From Candidatus Altarchaeum sp. (GTDB lineage: Archaea > Altiarchaeota > Altiarchaeia > Altiarchaeales > Altiarchaeaceae), in contig JAGWDQ010000096.1 in the NCBI GenBank assembly GCA_018260615.1, forward strand, positions 1 through 36,613: a stretch of 36,613 bases of DNA, in the 5' to 3' direction. Each line of letters begins with the position of its first letter. The first letter of the stretch is position 1. Shown here piece by piece: positions 17,479 through 26,313 of this stretch. The position numbers and the translations under genes are program-made. The notes below the pieces were generated by a model. The model searched no databases and was not told the origin of the DNA. It worked only from the letters and a program-made list of their open reading frames with translations.

Positions 17479-17682
17479 TTTATCGTACAGGAAAGTTCGT
17501 TTTATTATCCTCACACGGAGACACCGTCACCTCGCTCTTGCTCGGAGATTTTCAAAACTCCGCGTTTTGAAAAAGACACAAAGGAGAAATATACTGAAAA
17601 TTCTTTGAGAATTTTCAATCTTTAAAAATCTGCTGATTTTTAAATACTCTGTGACTTTGTGGCTTTGTGTGAGCATTTTTTA
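17479..17682. repeat. Composite repeat element (CTCACAC left arm, CCGAGC module, two hairpins, GTGTGAG right arm)
   Basis: Shares 17479-17506 and 17628-17682 with the window start; TCACCTCGCTCTTGCTCGGAG at 17527-17547; hairpins near 17548-17573 and 17594-17616. Confidence 0.85.
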
Positions 17683-18254
17683 ACCGTATCACAAATTTCA
17701 TAATCTGCCTCTCCGGAACATGTTTTACAGATTTTTTCTCCTTTTGATGCAAATGCTTCTTTGCAGACCTCACAAATCAGGATATTTTGTTTTTCTTCTT
17801 TTTCGGTTTTTATTTTGACATTCTGGTAAGATAATATTTCCCTTCCTGCCGCGAGAATTTCGTCAATAACCTGCTCTTTTGTTGGCCTTTTGTCTGTTAT
17901 TTTCTTCATGAACCATGTGTAAAATAGCGGATACTTTTTGCATTTTTCAGGACTTACAAAAACCCTGACCCCGTAGCCGGTTTTAATGTTATACAAACAG
18001 AATGATGAGTGTTTTCCAAAATCAGCTCTTCTCAAAAAACAATAACCGAAAATGTCTTTTAACATAACATAGAAAACATCCTGATCACATCCGCACGATT
18101 TTTCCGATTCTACCCGAACACCTATTTCCCTGATATTTAACTTTTTAATTAATTCAACCGCATAGTCAATCATAATGACGGTTAAAGCAACATGCGGGGT
18201 GTACCTGCCGTGAAATTCCGCCGCCTCCTTTATATATTCGTTTATAGTTTTCAT
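17640..18254 (-). CDS. FmdE-family protein with C-terminal Cys4 zinc finger
   Basis: AAEFHG...P, E..SCGCD, GVRV.V and ILAAG.EIL, then CEVCKE...CKTC. Confidence 0.8.
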   Translation of the reverse strand: MKTINEYIKEAAEFHGRYTPHVALTVIMIDYAVELIKKLNIREIGVRVESEKSCGCDQDVFYVMLKDIFGYCFLRRADFGKHSSFCLYNIKTGYGVRVFVSPEKCKKYPLFYTWFMKKITDKRPTKEQVIDEILAAGREILSYQNVKIKTEKEEKQNILICEVCKEAFASKGEKICKTCSGEADYEICDTVKKCSHKATKSQSI

Positions 18255-18413
18255 CTTTACTTTATTTGTTTTTTAAATTATGTTTTTAAATTTATATTTT
18301 CTCACTCTTATGTTGATTTTTGTTAAGAATGAAAATTTTATATCAAAAAGTATAAATTTTCATCAATTCTTATTAATTAAATTCAACTCTAATTAAATTC
18401 ATCTCCAAAAATA

Positions 18414-19259
18414 ATGAATCCGATAATCAGCGAAATAAAAAAATTTTTGTATGCACTTCAGTTTTTGACCATATTCAAAGTTTTAAATATCTCCGAACGA
18501 AGTGAGGGGATAATAAAGTTCATGAATGTTGAATGGAACGAAAAATTTGCCGCAAAATCAGCTGCTTATTTTCCCCTGGTCGGAATTTTAATCGGATGTA
18601 TTTTGGCAGTTGCTTATTTTGCCATTTCTTTTATATTTCCAAAGAGCATCGGACTGACAGCAATCATACTCATAATTATTGAAATAGTGCTTGTCAGAGG
18701 ACTCCATTTAGACGGATTTATAGATACGGTTGACGGCTTATTCGGAGGGATGAATAAAGATGAGCGGTTGAGAATTATGAAAGACACACATCCGGGCAGT
18801 TTTGGAATTGTTGCAGTTGTGCTATTGCTCTTACTTAAATTTACCTTAATTTCCGAAATTTTAAACTTAAATTTAAATTCGGATAAATTTTTTGTTGCAG
18901 CAATTTTAGTCCTGATGCCTGCACTTGGAAGATATGCAATGCTCATTCCGATGGCAGTTTTTCCTTATGCACGCAGTAACGGAACAGGCGGTTGGACAAA
19001 ATTTGTTAAATTCGGAGAAATTTTAACTGCGAGTTTATTTGTGGTTTTACCCGTAATTTTAATATCTTATGTTTTTCTAAATTTAAATATCATGGTATTG
19101 TTAATAACACTAATAATTGCATTGCTCATTTTTTCTCTGATGCTGTCAAAATACATCGCTTCAAAGATCGGGGGTATGACAGGAGATACTTACGGGGCAA
19201 TAACTGAAATTTCAGAAATTTTTGTGTTGTTTGCGTTTGTGAAATTTTTTGTTTTATGA
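18414..19259 (+). CDS. cobS: Adenosylcobinamide-GDP ribazoletransferase (cobalamin synthase)
   Basis: ALQFLT, YFPLVG, RGLHLDGFIDTVDG, RLRIMKD...GSFG and GGMTGDTYGA..E.SE. Confidence 0.95.
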   Translation: MNPIISEIKKFLYALQFLTIFKVLNISERSEGIIKFMNVEWNEKFAAKSAAYFPLVGILIGCILAVAYFAISFIFPKSIGLTAIILIIIEIVLVRGLHLDGFIDTVDGLFGGMNKDERLRIMKDTHPGSFGIVAVVLLLLLKFTLISEILNLNLNSDKFFVAAILVLMPALGRYAMLIPMAVFPYARSNGTGGWTKFVKFGEILTASLFVVLPVILISYVFLNLNIMVLLITLIIALLIFSLMLSKYIASKIGGMTGDTYGAITEISEIFVLFAFVKFFVL

Positions 19260-19271
19260 AAAAAGCAGTTT

Positions 19272-20165
19272 TTATACCTTTATTGTTTCTAACACACCTT
19301 CCGAAAGTCCTCTTAAATTATATCCTCCTTCAAGTATGAAAGCAACTCCGACACCAGTCATTTTTGCTGTTTCTTTTATGTATTTTGAAATTTTTCCAAA
19401 TCCGTCAATCGTGATATTCATTGAAGTTAAAGGGTCATCTATGTAAGTATCGTAGCCAGCGGAAACCAAAATTACATCGGGATTATAGTCAATGGCGACT
19501 TTTCTGAAAATTTTAAGTTTTTCAATATACTCATCGTCGGTTGTGTATGGACGTAATGGAATATTCAAGGTAAAATTTTTTCCCTCTCCAACGCCTGTTT
19601 CATCGGCACTTCCGGTTCCGGGATATGCGGGATATTGATGCAAAGAGATGTAATAAACATCTTTGCGAGCGTAAAAAATTTCCTGCGTTCCGTTTCCGTG
19701 ATGACAATCAATATCCAAGAGCAAAATTTTTTTGGCTTTGCCTGTGCTGAGCATATACTCTGCGGCGATTGCTATATTGTTAAAAATGCAGAATCCCATT
19801 CCTCTGTTTTTACAGGCGTGATGCCCGGGTGGTCTGACAAGTGCAAATGAATCTTTCTTATCTGCCGCATAATCAGCGGCATTTATGCTCGCAGCAACCG
19901 CCTTAACAGCAACATTGTATGTTTCTTTTACAATATAAGTATCGGAATCAAGCATTGTATCGGACTTAATATTTTTTATTAATTTCACATATTCATCCGA
20001 ATGAACCTCTTTGATTTTTTTCTCCGCATCGGGAACATCAACGGGTTCAATCGTAGCATAATTATATCTGTCAAGGATGTCTTTTATAGCAAGTAATCTG
20101 TTTTTATTTTCAGGGTGTCCGCTTTTGTTGTGTTCTAAAAATTTATCGTGGTAAATAAGGAGCAT
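19272..20165 (-). CDS. Histone deacetylase-family amidohydrolase
   Basis: HPE...RL, RPPGHHA, GFCIFNNIAIAA, DIDCHHGNGTQ, VSAGYD...DDPL and LEGGY. Confidence 0.95.
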   Translation of the reverse strand: MLLIYHDKFLEHNKSGHPENKNRLLAIKDILDRYNYATIEPVDVPDAEKKIKEVHSDEYVKLIKNIKSDTMLDSDTYIVKETYNVAVKAVAASINAADYAADKKDSFALVRPPGHHACKNRGMGFCIFNNIAIAAEYMLSTGKAKKILLLDIDCHHGNGTQEIFYARKDVYYISLHQYPAYPGTGSADETGVGEGKNFTLNIPLRPYTTDDEYIEKLKIFRKVAIDYNPDVILVSAGYDTYIDDPLTSMNITIDGFGKISKYIKETAKMTGVGVAFILEGGYNLRGLSEGVLETIKV

Positions 20166-20169
20166 CTTT

Positions 20170-21780
20170 TTATTTTTTTAGGGTGTGCTTATTAGTTACT
20201 TTGTCAATAATTTTTAAACCTTTTTTAGTAGCCCTATATTTTTGCTTGCTGCTTGTTGGTTTATCCGGTGCGGTTAATTCAAGCAGATCCGCTTCAATCA
20301 ATGGCTTTATAAATATGTTGCGAAAACGGGTTCTGTTTGTTTGATTGAGTATTGACATCAGAGATTTCATATCAATGCCATCTCTTGCAGATATGAGGAT
20401 AATTGCTGCATCTTCACTTGGGACAAACTTGGGACAAACTTGGGACAAACTTGAAACGAACTCGCTGAACTCTGTATGACTTAATCCATGAGAAATGCCA
20501 CCTTGCTCACCTTCTTGCTCACTTACTGTTGCTTCCGGATGAATCATCAATGTAGTTAAAAAATAACTTCGTTCGTTATCAGTTTCAAAAACTGGTTCTG
20601 GCGAGCCATTATTTTTCATTGCTATTTTAATTTTAGGGATTCCTGTACATCGTCCTTCAGTAAGTTTCAGTTCTTTTAAAAATTCACCGATTCTACGATT
20701 ACGATATCTTCTGGCAACCAATATTCCTTTATCTATATCTGATTGTTTTATTGACCTGTCAGGTCCCGGGAAGCTAAGAATCTCAATTTTATTGGGATGA
20801 ATCCGTATTTCTACCGGCTCTCTGATTTCATAACTTCTATGATATATTGCATTAACAATACTCTCTTTTAGGGCAATATACGGATAGTTATAAAACCGGA
20901 TAGATTTCACCTTGTCCGGAACTTTACGAATATATTCCTTGAGGATAACATTTTTTACATAAGTCAGAGCATCCTTAATTTGCTGATGTATAGGTCCCTG
21001 AAAAATTTTTTCACTCAATTTATCACCTCCGGGAGTTGATATAAATTGAACAATTTCAATCTGTGAAAGAGGAATAAACTTTTGAGGCAGGTCATTGAAA
21101 AAGAGTATTCCAACATTTCGGGGCCTCAAATATTCGGTCGTTCCATCAACAATTCTCATCTGCCAGCATAATTGTTCGAAATCCATGTTAGCAAAACCAT
21201 ATAAATCACTTTCAACTTCTTTTAAAAAAGATTGTATCAACGGAAGTTTTAAGTCAGCGATATCTGCTAAATGACAGATACGATCATCATAAGGAATTGT
21301 TCCTGCTAATGACAGGAGTTCTTTTTCATCTTCAAATTGTGCTTTAACTGTATTTGAAAATCTTCTGATATAATAGGCATACTCTTTCTCTTTCTTTTTG
21401 CCAAGCGATATCGGCGCCCGATAGGGTCTGTTCTGCCCGCCAAAAACCCATATTATTAAAACATATTTTCCCTGAAAACGCACCGGCTCGGCAATTGGGA
21501 AAAAATGCGGTTTTAAACGATTACAAAGATTTAGCAAGTCCTTCTGGATATTATTAATTGTTTCAGGGGCTAATCCTTTTGGAGGTAAAACAGGCCGTCC
21601 GTTATCTTCTTTTATTCCGATGATTATGTATCCTCCGCCCCAGTTGTTTATATCATTAGCAAACGCACAAATGGTGTGCATAACATCTTCCGGATTCCAA
21701 CTTTCTTTAAACTCAATACGTTCCCATTCAACGGTCTGTCCTGTTATCAAATCATTAATATTTATTGGTAAAGCCATCAT
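20170..21780 (-). CDS. AlbA_2 (Schlafen-like) plus GHKL-type ATP-binding plus C-terminal wHTH protein
   Basis: EWERIEFKE, ICAFAN..GGYIIIG (AlbA_2); ESIVNA.YHRSY, YRNRRIGEFLK and EGRCTGIPKI (HATPase_c_4-like); PDKPTSSKQKYR (wHTH). Confidence 0.88.
   Translation of the reverse strand: MMALPININDLITGQTVEWERIEFKESWNPEDVMHTICAFANDINNWGGGYIIIGIKEDNGRPVLPPKGLAPETINNIQKDLLNLCNRLKPHFFPIAEPVRFQGKYVLIIWVFGGQNRPYRAPISLGKKKEKEYAYYIRRFSNTVKAQFEDEKELLSLAGTIPYDDRICHLADIADLKLPLIQSFLKEVESDLYGFANMDFEQLCWQMRIVDGTTEYLRPRNVGILFFNDLPQKFIPLSQIEIVQFISTPGGDKLSEKIFQGPIHQQIKDALTYVKNVILKEYIRKVPDKVKSIRFYNYPYIALKESIVNAIYHRSYEIREPVEIRIHPNKIEILSFPGPDRSIKQSDIDKGILVARRYRNRRIGEFLKELKLTEGRCTGIPKIKIAMKNNGSPEPVFETDNERSYFLTTLMIHPEATVSEQEGEQGGISHGLSHTEFSEFVSSLSQVCPKFVPSEDAAIILISARDGIDMKSLMSILNQTNRTRFRNIFIKPLIEADLLELTAPDKPTSSKQKYRATKKGLKIIDKVTNKHTLKK
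20417..20453. repeat. 11-bp tandem repeat x3 (CTTGGGACAAA) inside the CDS
   Basis: Exact copies at 20417-20427, 20428-20438 and 20439-20449. Confidence 0.95.
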
Positions 21781-21827
21781 TCATATAATTTTTATAACAT
21801 AGCATATATTTTTTATTTTCCTGTATT

Positions 21828-22442
21828 TTATTTATTTTTTGCGGCTTTATCTGGTCTGTTTATTTCAATCACCCTTTTGTGTTGTCCGATTGCCTCATTG
21901 CCCGCTTCATCCATCGTTTTTCCGAGTGAAATAAATCCGTGCTCTTTGATTAAAAAGTAATTGCAGTTCATATTTAAAATTTTAACCACTTCATCAGCCA
22001 ATTCCATTGAACCGTAAGGTTGTTCTCTTTCTGTTATGGGAAAATTTAATTTATCGCCGAACTTTAATGTTATTTGGTCGTGTCCGTGAAAAACCGCATT
22101 AATATCCGTCCTTTTGGTATAAATTGCATGATGCAAAAATGATTCCGAAGATGGTTTCTTTAAACCGCAAACAAAAATTTGTTTTAAATTTACATCAACA
22201 CCTATTACCTCAACAAAGTCGTCATCGTTGAGTTCGGATAAATTTGCACCCGATGCAGTAATGATAAATCCATGCAGTGTTCTGAAACTTAAATTTCCAG
22301 CAAAGCCGCCTTCAATTTTTGGAGCCAAATTTAATTCCACAAATTTTTTCCCCCAAGTCATCAATTTCTCAATTCCCTTATGTTCTATTTTTTTCTTTTC
22401 TTTGAAAATTGTTTTAAATTTTACTCCCGAATATTTTTCCAT
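21828..22442 (-). CDS. Class II aldolase/adducin-family protein
   Basis: GNLSFR, IITASG, PSSE..LH..IY, AVFHGH and IKEHG metal-binding pattern. Confidence 0.88.
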   Translation of the reverse strand: MEKYSGVKFKTIFKEKKKIEHKGIEKLMTWGKKFVELNLAPKIEGGFAGNLSFRTLHGFIITASGANLSELNDDDFVEVIGVDVNLKQIFVCGLKKPSSESFLHHAIYTKRTDINAVFHGHDQITLKFGDKLNFPITEREQPYGSMELADEVVKILNMNCNYFLIKEHGFISLGKTMDEAGNEAIGQHKRVIEINRPDKAAKNK

Positions 22443-22452
22443 TTGGCATCCT

Positions 22453-23511
22453 TTAATTATCCTTTAATTTATATATCTCTTCCGGTTTAAAAATCCCAAT
22501 TTCTGTTATGATTCCGGTTATATATTTTGCAGGAGTGACATCAAATGCGGGATTTAATGCATGCGAACCAATAGGGGCGATTCTTATATTATTTACACTA
22601 AGCACTTCATCCTCATTTCTTTCTTCAATAGGAATTTCATTGCCTGATTTAATACTAAAATCAATTGTACTGATTGGAGCAGCAACATAAAACGGAATAT
22701 TATTTTCTTTTGCTAAAACCGCTTTCTCATAAGTTCCGATTTTGTTTGCAACATCACCGTTTGCAGTTATCCTGTCCGCTCCGACGATACATAAATCAAT
22801 TTCACCTTTTTGCATAAAATAACCGGCTGCGTTATCTGCAATGATTTTATGTTCAATTTCTTCGTTTAAAAGTTCCCATGCAGTAAGTTTTGCTCCCTGG
22901 AAACGAGGTCTTGTCTCATCAACAAAAACAAAAATTTCTTTTCCTGCGTATTTCGCAATTCTCAGCGGGGAAAGTGCTGTTCCAAAATCAACACAGGCAA
23001 GTGCTCCTGCATTGCAGTGGGTTAAAATTTTTGACTTATTTTTGAGCAGTTCGTTTCCGAATTCGCCGATTTTTTTGCAGGCATTAATGGTTTCATTGGC
23101 AATTTTTTGTGATTCGGAAACAGATATTTCAACTGCATTTTCTTTGTTTTCAATAGCATCCGAGTCCTTAATTTTATTTAAAAGTCCGTCAATTACATGA
23201 AATAAATCAACAGCAGTTGGCCTCGTTGACTTCAGTGTCTCTGCTGCTTTTTTCAGATAGTCCGTAAAATTTTGTTTTGGCGCATGCATACATGCCTGAG
23301 CAATACCGAAACCCGCTGTAACGCCAATAGCCGGAGCCCCGCGAACTATCATCGTCTTTATTGCCTCTGCCGTTTCTGTGTATGTTTTTAATTCGGTAAT
23401 TTCAAATTTATCGGGCAATATTGTTTGATTAATTGCATTAATAATTCCGGATTCGGGTTCAAACCAGACACTCCTGTAATTTTCAGTTTTGTTATTGATT
23501 TTTACCTTCAT
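22453..23511 (-). CDS. mtnA: S-methyl-5-thioribose-1-phosphate isomerase
   Basis: MIVRGAPAIG, TRPTAVDL, LTHCNAGALA, DETRPRFQGAKLTAWEL, GADRI..NGDVANKIGTY and NPAFDVTP. Confidence 0.93.
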   Translation of the reverse strand: MKVKINNKTENYRSVWFEPESGIINAINQTILPDKFEITELKTYTETAEAIKTMIVRGAPAIGVTAGFGIAQACMHAPKQNFTDYLKKAAETLKSTRPTAVDLFHVIDGLLNKIKDSDAIENKENAVEISVSESQKIANETINACKKIGEFGNELLKNKSKILTHCNAGALACVDFGTALSPLRIAKYAGKEIFVFVDETRPRFQGAKLTAWELLNEEIEHKIIADNAAGYFMQKGEIDLCIVGADRITANGDVANKIGTYEKAVLAKENNIPFYVAAPISTIDFSIKSGNEIPIEERNEDEVLSVNNIRIAPIGSHALNPAFDVTPAKYITGIITEIGIFKPEEIYKLKDN

Positions 23512-23562
23512 TTTTTTGTTTATGAAATTTTAAAAGATTAAAAATTAAAATTGGTGTAAATT

Positions 23563-24996
23563 TTATTTTTTGAATAATTCATTCACCTTCTTTTTATATT
23601 CATCTGCTTTTTCAGGATTGTTCATTTTCTCATAAGTAATTGCCATGTTTTCATAAAGAATTTTAAGATAATGTTCCTGTCCAATCTCTTTAAAAATTTT
23701 CTCTGCATTTAAATAATATTCAATTGCTTTCTTAAAGTCACCTAAACCAAAATAAACCATCCCTGAATTTGTATAACCTGCTGATTCTCCTGCTTTATTT
23801 CCAATCTCTAAAGCAATTTTTAATGCCTTTTCATAATATTCAATTGCTTTCTTAAAGTCACCTAAACCATCATAAGCAGCACCTAAATTTGTATAGCATT
23901 TTCCTTCTCCTGCTCTGTCACCAGTTTCCAAGCAAATTTTCAATGATTTCTCATGATATTCAATTGCTTTCTTAAAATCACCCAAACTATCATAAGCAAC
24001 CCCTAAATTTGTATAGCATTTTCCTTCTCCTGCTCTGTCACCAATTTCTAAAAAGATTTTTAATGATTTATCAGAATATTCAATTGCCTTCTTAAAATCA
24101 CCCAAACTATCATAAGCATTGCCTAAACCCATATAGCATCTCCCTTCTCCCGCTATGTCTCTAATTTCCAAACAAATTTTCAATGATTTCTCATAATATT
24201 CAACTGCCTTATTAGAATCACCCAAACTATCATAAGCAACACCTAAACTTCTATGACATTTTGCTTCTTGTGCTTTATTTCCCATCTCCAAAGCAATTTT
24301 CATTGCTTTTTCACAAATTTTTATTGAATTTTTAAAATTTCCAAAAATTTGCTCTATTGAAGCATTTTCTAATAACAATTCTATTTTCCTGTCTTTATAT
24401 TTTGTAATTTTCAGAAAGTCCTCATTGAGTTTTTTTCTCTTTAATAAGTCCTCTTTGTTTTCAAAATGAAATTCAACGGATGGCGTTTCTTTTTCCGCAT
24501 GGGCGATTATTCTTTCCTCGTCCTTAAATACATGAAAGCCCCCCCTATATCTCCAGAAATCAGGAGCTTTTTTTATAATATCTGATACAAATAACTCATT
24601 GCAAAATATAACGCTTGGCGCAGGATATTCATAGAAAAGTTCTCTGAAATTGTTTAATGCGTTTTCTATGTCGGCAGAAAGTTCATCGGGCATAATCCAC
24701 ACCAAAATTTTGTTTGATTTTTCTTTATCTGGTTTTTCATATCTTAATTTGTGTATAATTTTGTCTCCATCACCCTCTTTAACATAAATTTTCTCCGGGG
24801 AAAAATTTTGTTCCAGTCCCTTTATAATTTCCTCCCTGAAAACAGGAATATTTGCAACACATATAATAAGATTCCCCTCTCCTTTTGATGCAGTAAGTTC
24901 AAGATTTAAAGCGTGTATTTCATCCCCTGTTTTTCCTGCAAGATATTTTTCCATTTGTCTATCAAAGGAAATAATATTGGATTTATTTCGTGCCAT
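23563..24996 (-). CDS. TPR-repeat protein with an N-terminal alpha/beta (degenerate NTPase-like) domain
   Basis: Six 40-aa TPR-type units (23626-24345); N-terminal LN.FRE and APDFWRYRG motifs. Overlaps the upstream ATPase; the true start may be Met15 at 24954. Confidence 0.88.
   Translation of the reverse strand: MARNKSNIISFDRQMEKYLAGKTGDEIHALNLELTASKGEGNLIICVANIPVFREEIIKGLEQNFSPEKIYVKEGDGDKIIHKLRYEKPDKEKSNKILVWIMPDELSADIENALNNFRELFYEYPAPSVIFCNELFVSDIIKKAPDFWRYRGGFHVFKDEERIIAHAEKETPSVEFHFENKEDLLKRKKLNEDFLKITKYKDRKIELLLENASIEQIFGNFKNSIKICEKAMKIALEMGNKAQEAKCHRSLGVAYDSLGDSNKAVEYYEKSLKICLEIRDIAGEGRCYMGLGNAYDSLGDFKKAIEYSDKSLKIFLEIGDRAGEGKCYTNLGVAYDSLGDFKKAIEYHEKSLKICLETGDRAGEGKCYTNLGAAYDGLGDFKKAIEYYEKALKIALEIGNKAGESAGYTNSGMVYFGLGDFKKAIEYYLNAEKIFKEIGQEHYLKILYENMAITYEKMNNPEKADEYKKKVNELFKK
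23626..24345 (-). repeat. 120-bp period coding tandem repeat (TPR array)
   Basis: TATTCAAYTGCY...TCACCYAAAC recurs at about 23718, 23838, 23958, 24078 and 24198. Confidence 0.92.
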
Positions 24997-26195
24997 CTTT
25001 TTCCTTCTTTGTTTTCATATTCCACGATTATCAAACTGAACAGCATATCTCTGACAATTTTTTCTTCCGGGCTTTTGTCTGAAGCGTGTTTTGTTTCATG
25101 TATTTCAAGAAGTGTGGAAATGTGCTTTTGTGTTAGTGCCTTTTCATAAATTCCCCTCAAGTCAGATGCACATTCTTCAATTTCTTCTTTTTCAATTTTT
25201 GTTTTTCCTTTTACTGTGGATTTAATCAATGCATCCCTGATTACATTTACAAATTCTGATAATTTTCCTGTTGAGATGATTGCATACTCCAATGTGTTTT
25301 CATCAATAGTATCCTTTCTTTCATTAACTCTTTTATAAAAAATATTTTTGAAGAAATTTATTCCGTCATCGTCAAAAATTTCAAGATTTTTTGATTTTAC
25401 TGCTGGCTGGGGCAAAACACAAATACCATCAAACTTGTTTTGCACACTTTCAAAATATGGATCAAAAACAAGTGGAATTGGGAAAGTATAAATCACATTA
25501 CAATCAATTTGCAGCAAAAGAGAATAATTTTTATAAAAAAGATCCTCTGCCTGTTCGTATCTTGTCAGTTTATCTGTATCATCTACTACAATAAGTATTT
25601 TCTTATTACTTAAATTTTCAATAACAGCTATCAAATTATTGATTTTTCTTACTAAATCAGTAATCTTTGTTTTCAGCTCTTCTCTTACATAGTCCTTCGT
25701 CTGGGATTCAATTCCTATTTTTGCCATAAAAATTTTTGTAAATGACAAACCAGCTCCCTTCAATTCTTTTATTTCTTTTTCTTTTATATGAGTTGTTTCC
25801 CTTACAAATCTCATAAAATCATCTTTTAATTCAGTTGAAAATTCTATGTTGTTTTGCTCTCCAAGTTCGTAAATCTTCAGTCCGAGAGAAAGGAGAAAGT
25901 CCTTAATGGTAATATCATTCATGTCAAGATTTTCTTTGATAGAGTATCTGATAACTAAAAAATTTTCTTCTAATTCAGACGATAATTTATTAAGTTCTGT
26001 ACTTTTACCACTACCTCTATGTCCAATGAACAAAAATTTTCCCCTTTCTGCGTTTTCAATCTTTGTTTTCAATTCTTTCATAAGGGTGGATTTTATCGGC
26101 CTTTCAACATAAAATTTACTAAACTCCTCCGGTGTTTTTAGAGGCTCCGCTTTAAAATTCTTATAAACATTTAATAACGAATTTTCTTCAGGCAT
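24906..26195 (-). CDS. P-loop ATPase (AAA/STAND-like) with helical insert between the Walker motifs
   Basis: Walker A GHRGSGKSTEL, Walker B ILIVVDDTDK, IYTFP and C-terminal EY.N...W..INP. Confidence 0.9.
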   Translation of the reverse strand: MPEENSLLNVYKNFKAEPLKTPEEFSKFYVERPIKSTLMKELKTKIENAERGKFLFIGHRGSGKSTELNKLSSELEENFLVIRYSIKENLDMNDITIKDFLLSLGLKIYELGEQNNIEFSTELKDDFMRFVRETTHIKEKEIKELKGAGLSFTKIFMAKIGIESQTKDYVREELKTKITDLVRKINNLIAVIENLSNKKILIVVDDTDKLTRYEQAEDLFYKNYSLLLQIDCNVIYTFPIPLVFDPYFESVQNKFDGICVLPQPAVKSKNLEIFDDDGINFFKNIFYKRVNERKDTIDENTLEYAIISTGKLSEFVNVIRDALIKSTVKGKTKIEKEEIEECASDLRGIYEKALTQKHISTLLEIHETKHASDKSPEEKIVRDMLFSLIIVEYENKEGKRWHEINPILFPLIDKWKNILQEKQGMKYTL

Positions 26196-26313
26196 TTGAA
26201 TAAATTTAATTGTTAAATTGTTAATTTATTTATTATTAAAAATTATTAAAATTTTTTATTAAACTTAACTTTAATGAAATTTTATCTCGTTCTCCTATCC
26301 TTCAAAAATGTAT

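Noticed and set aside
17440-17625. 61-aa ORF
   Set aside because: It is translated repeat sequence.
23626-24345. Diversity-generating retroelement target
   Set aside because: There is no reverse transcriptase or non-coding template repeat in the window, and the differences are not restricted to adenines.
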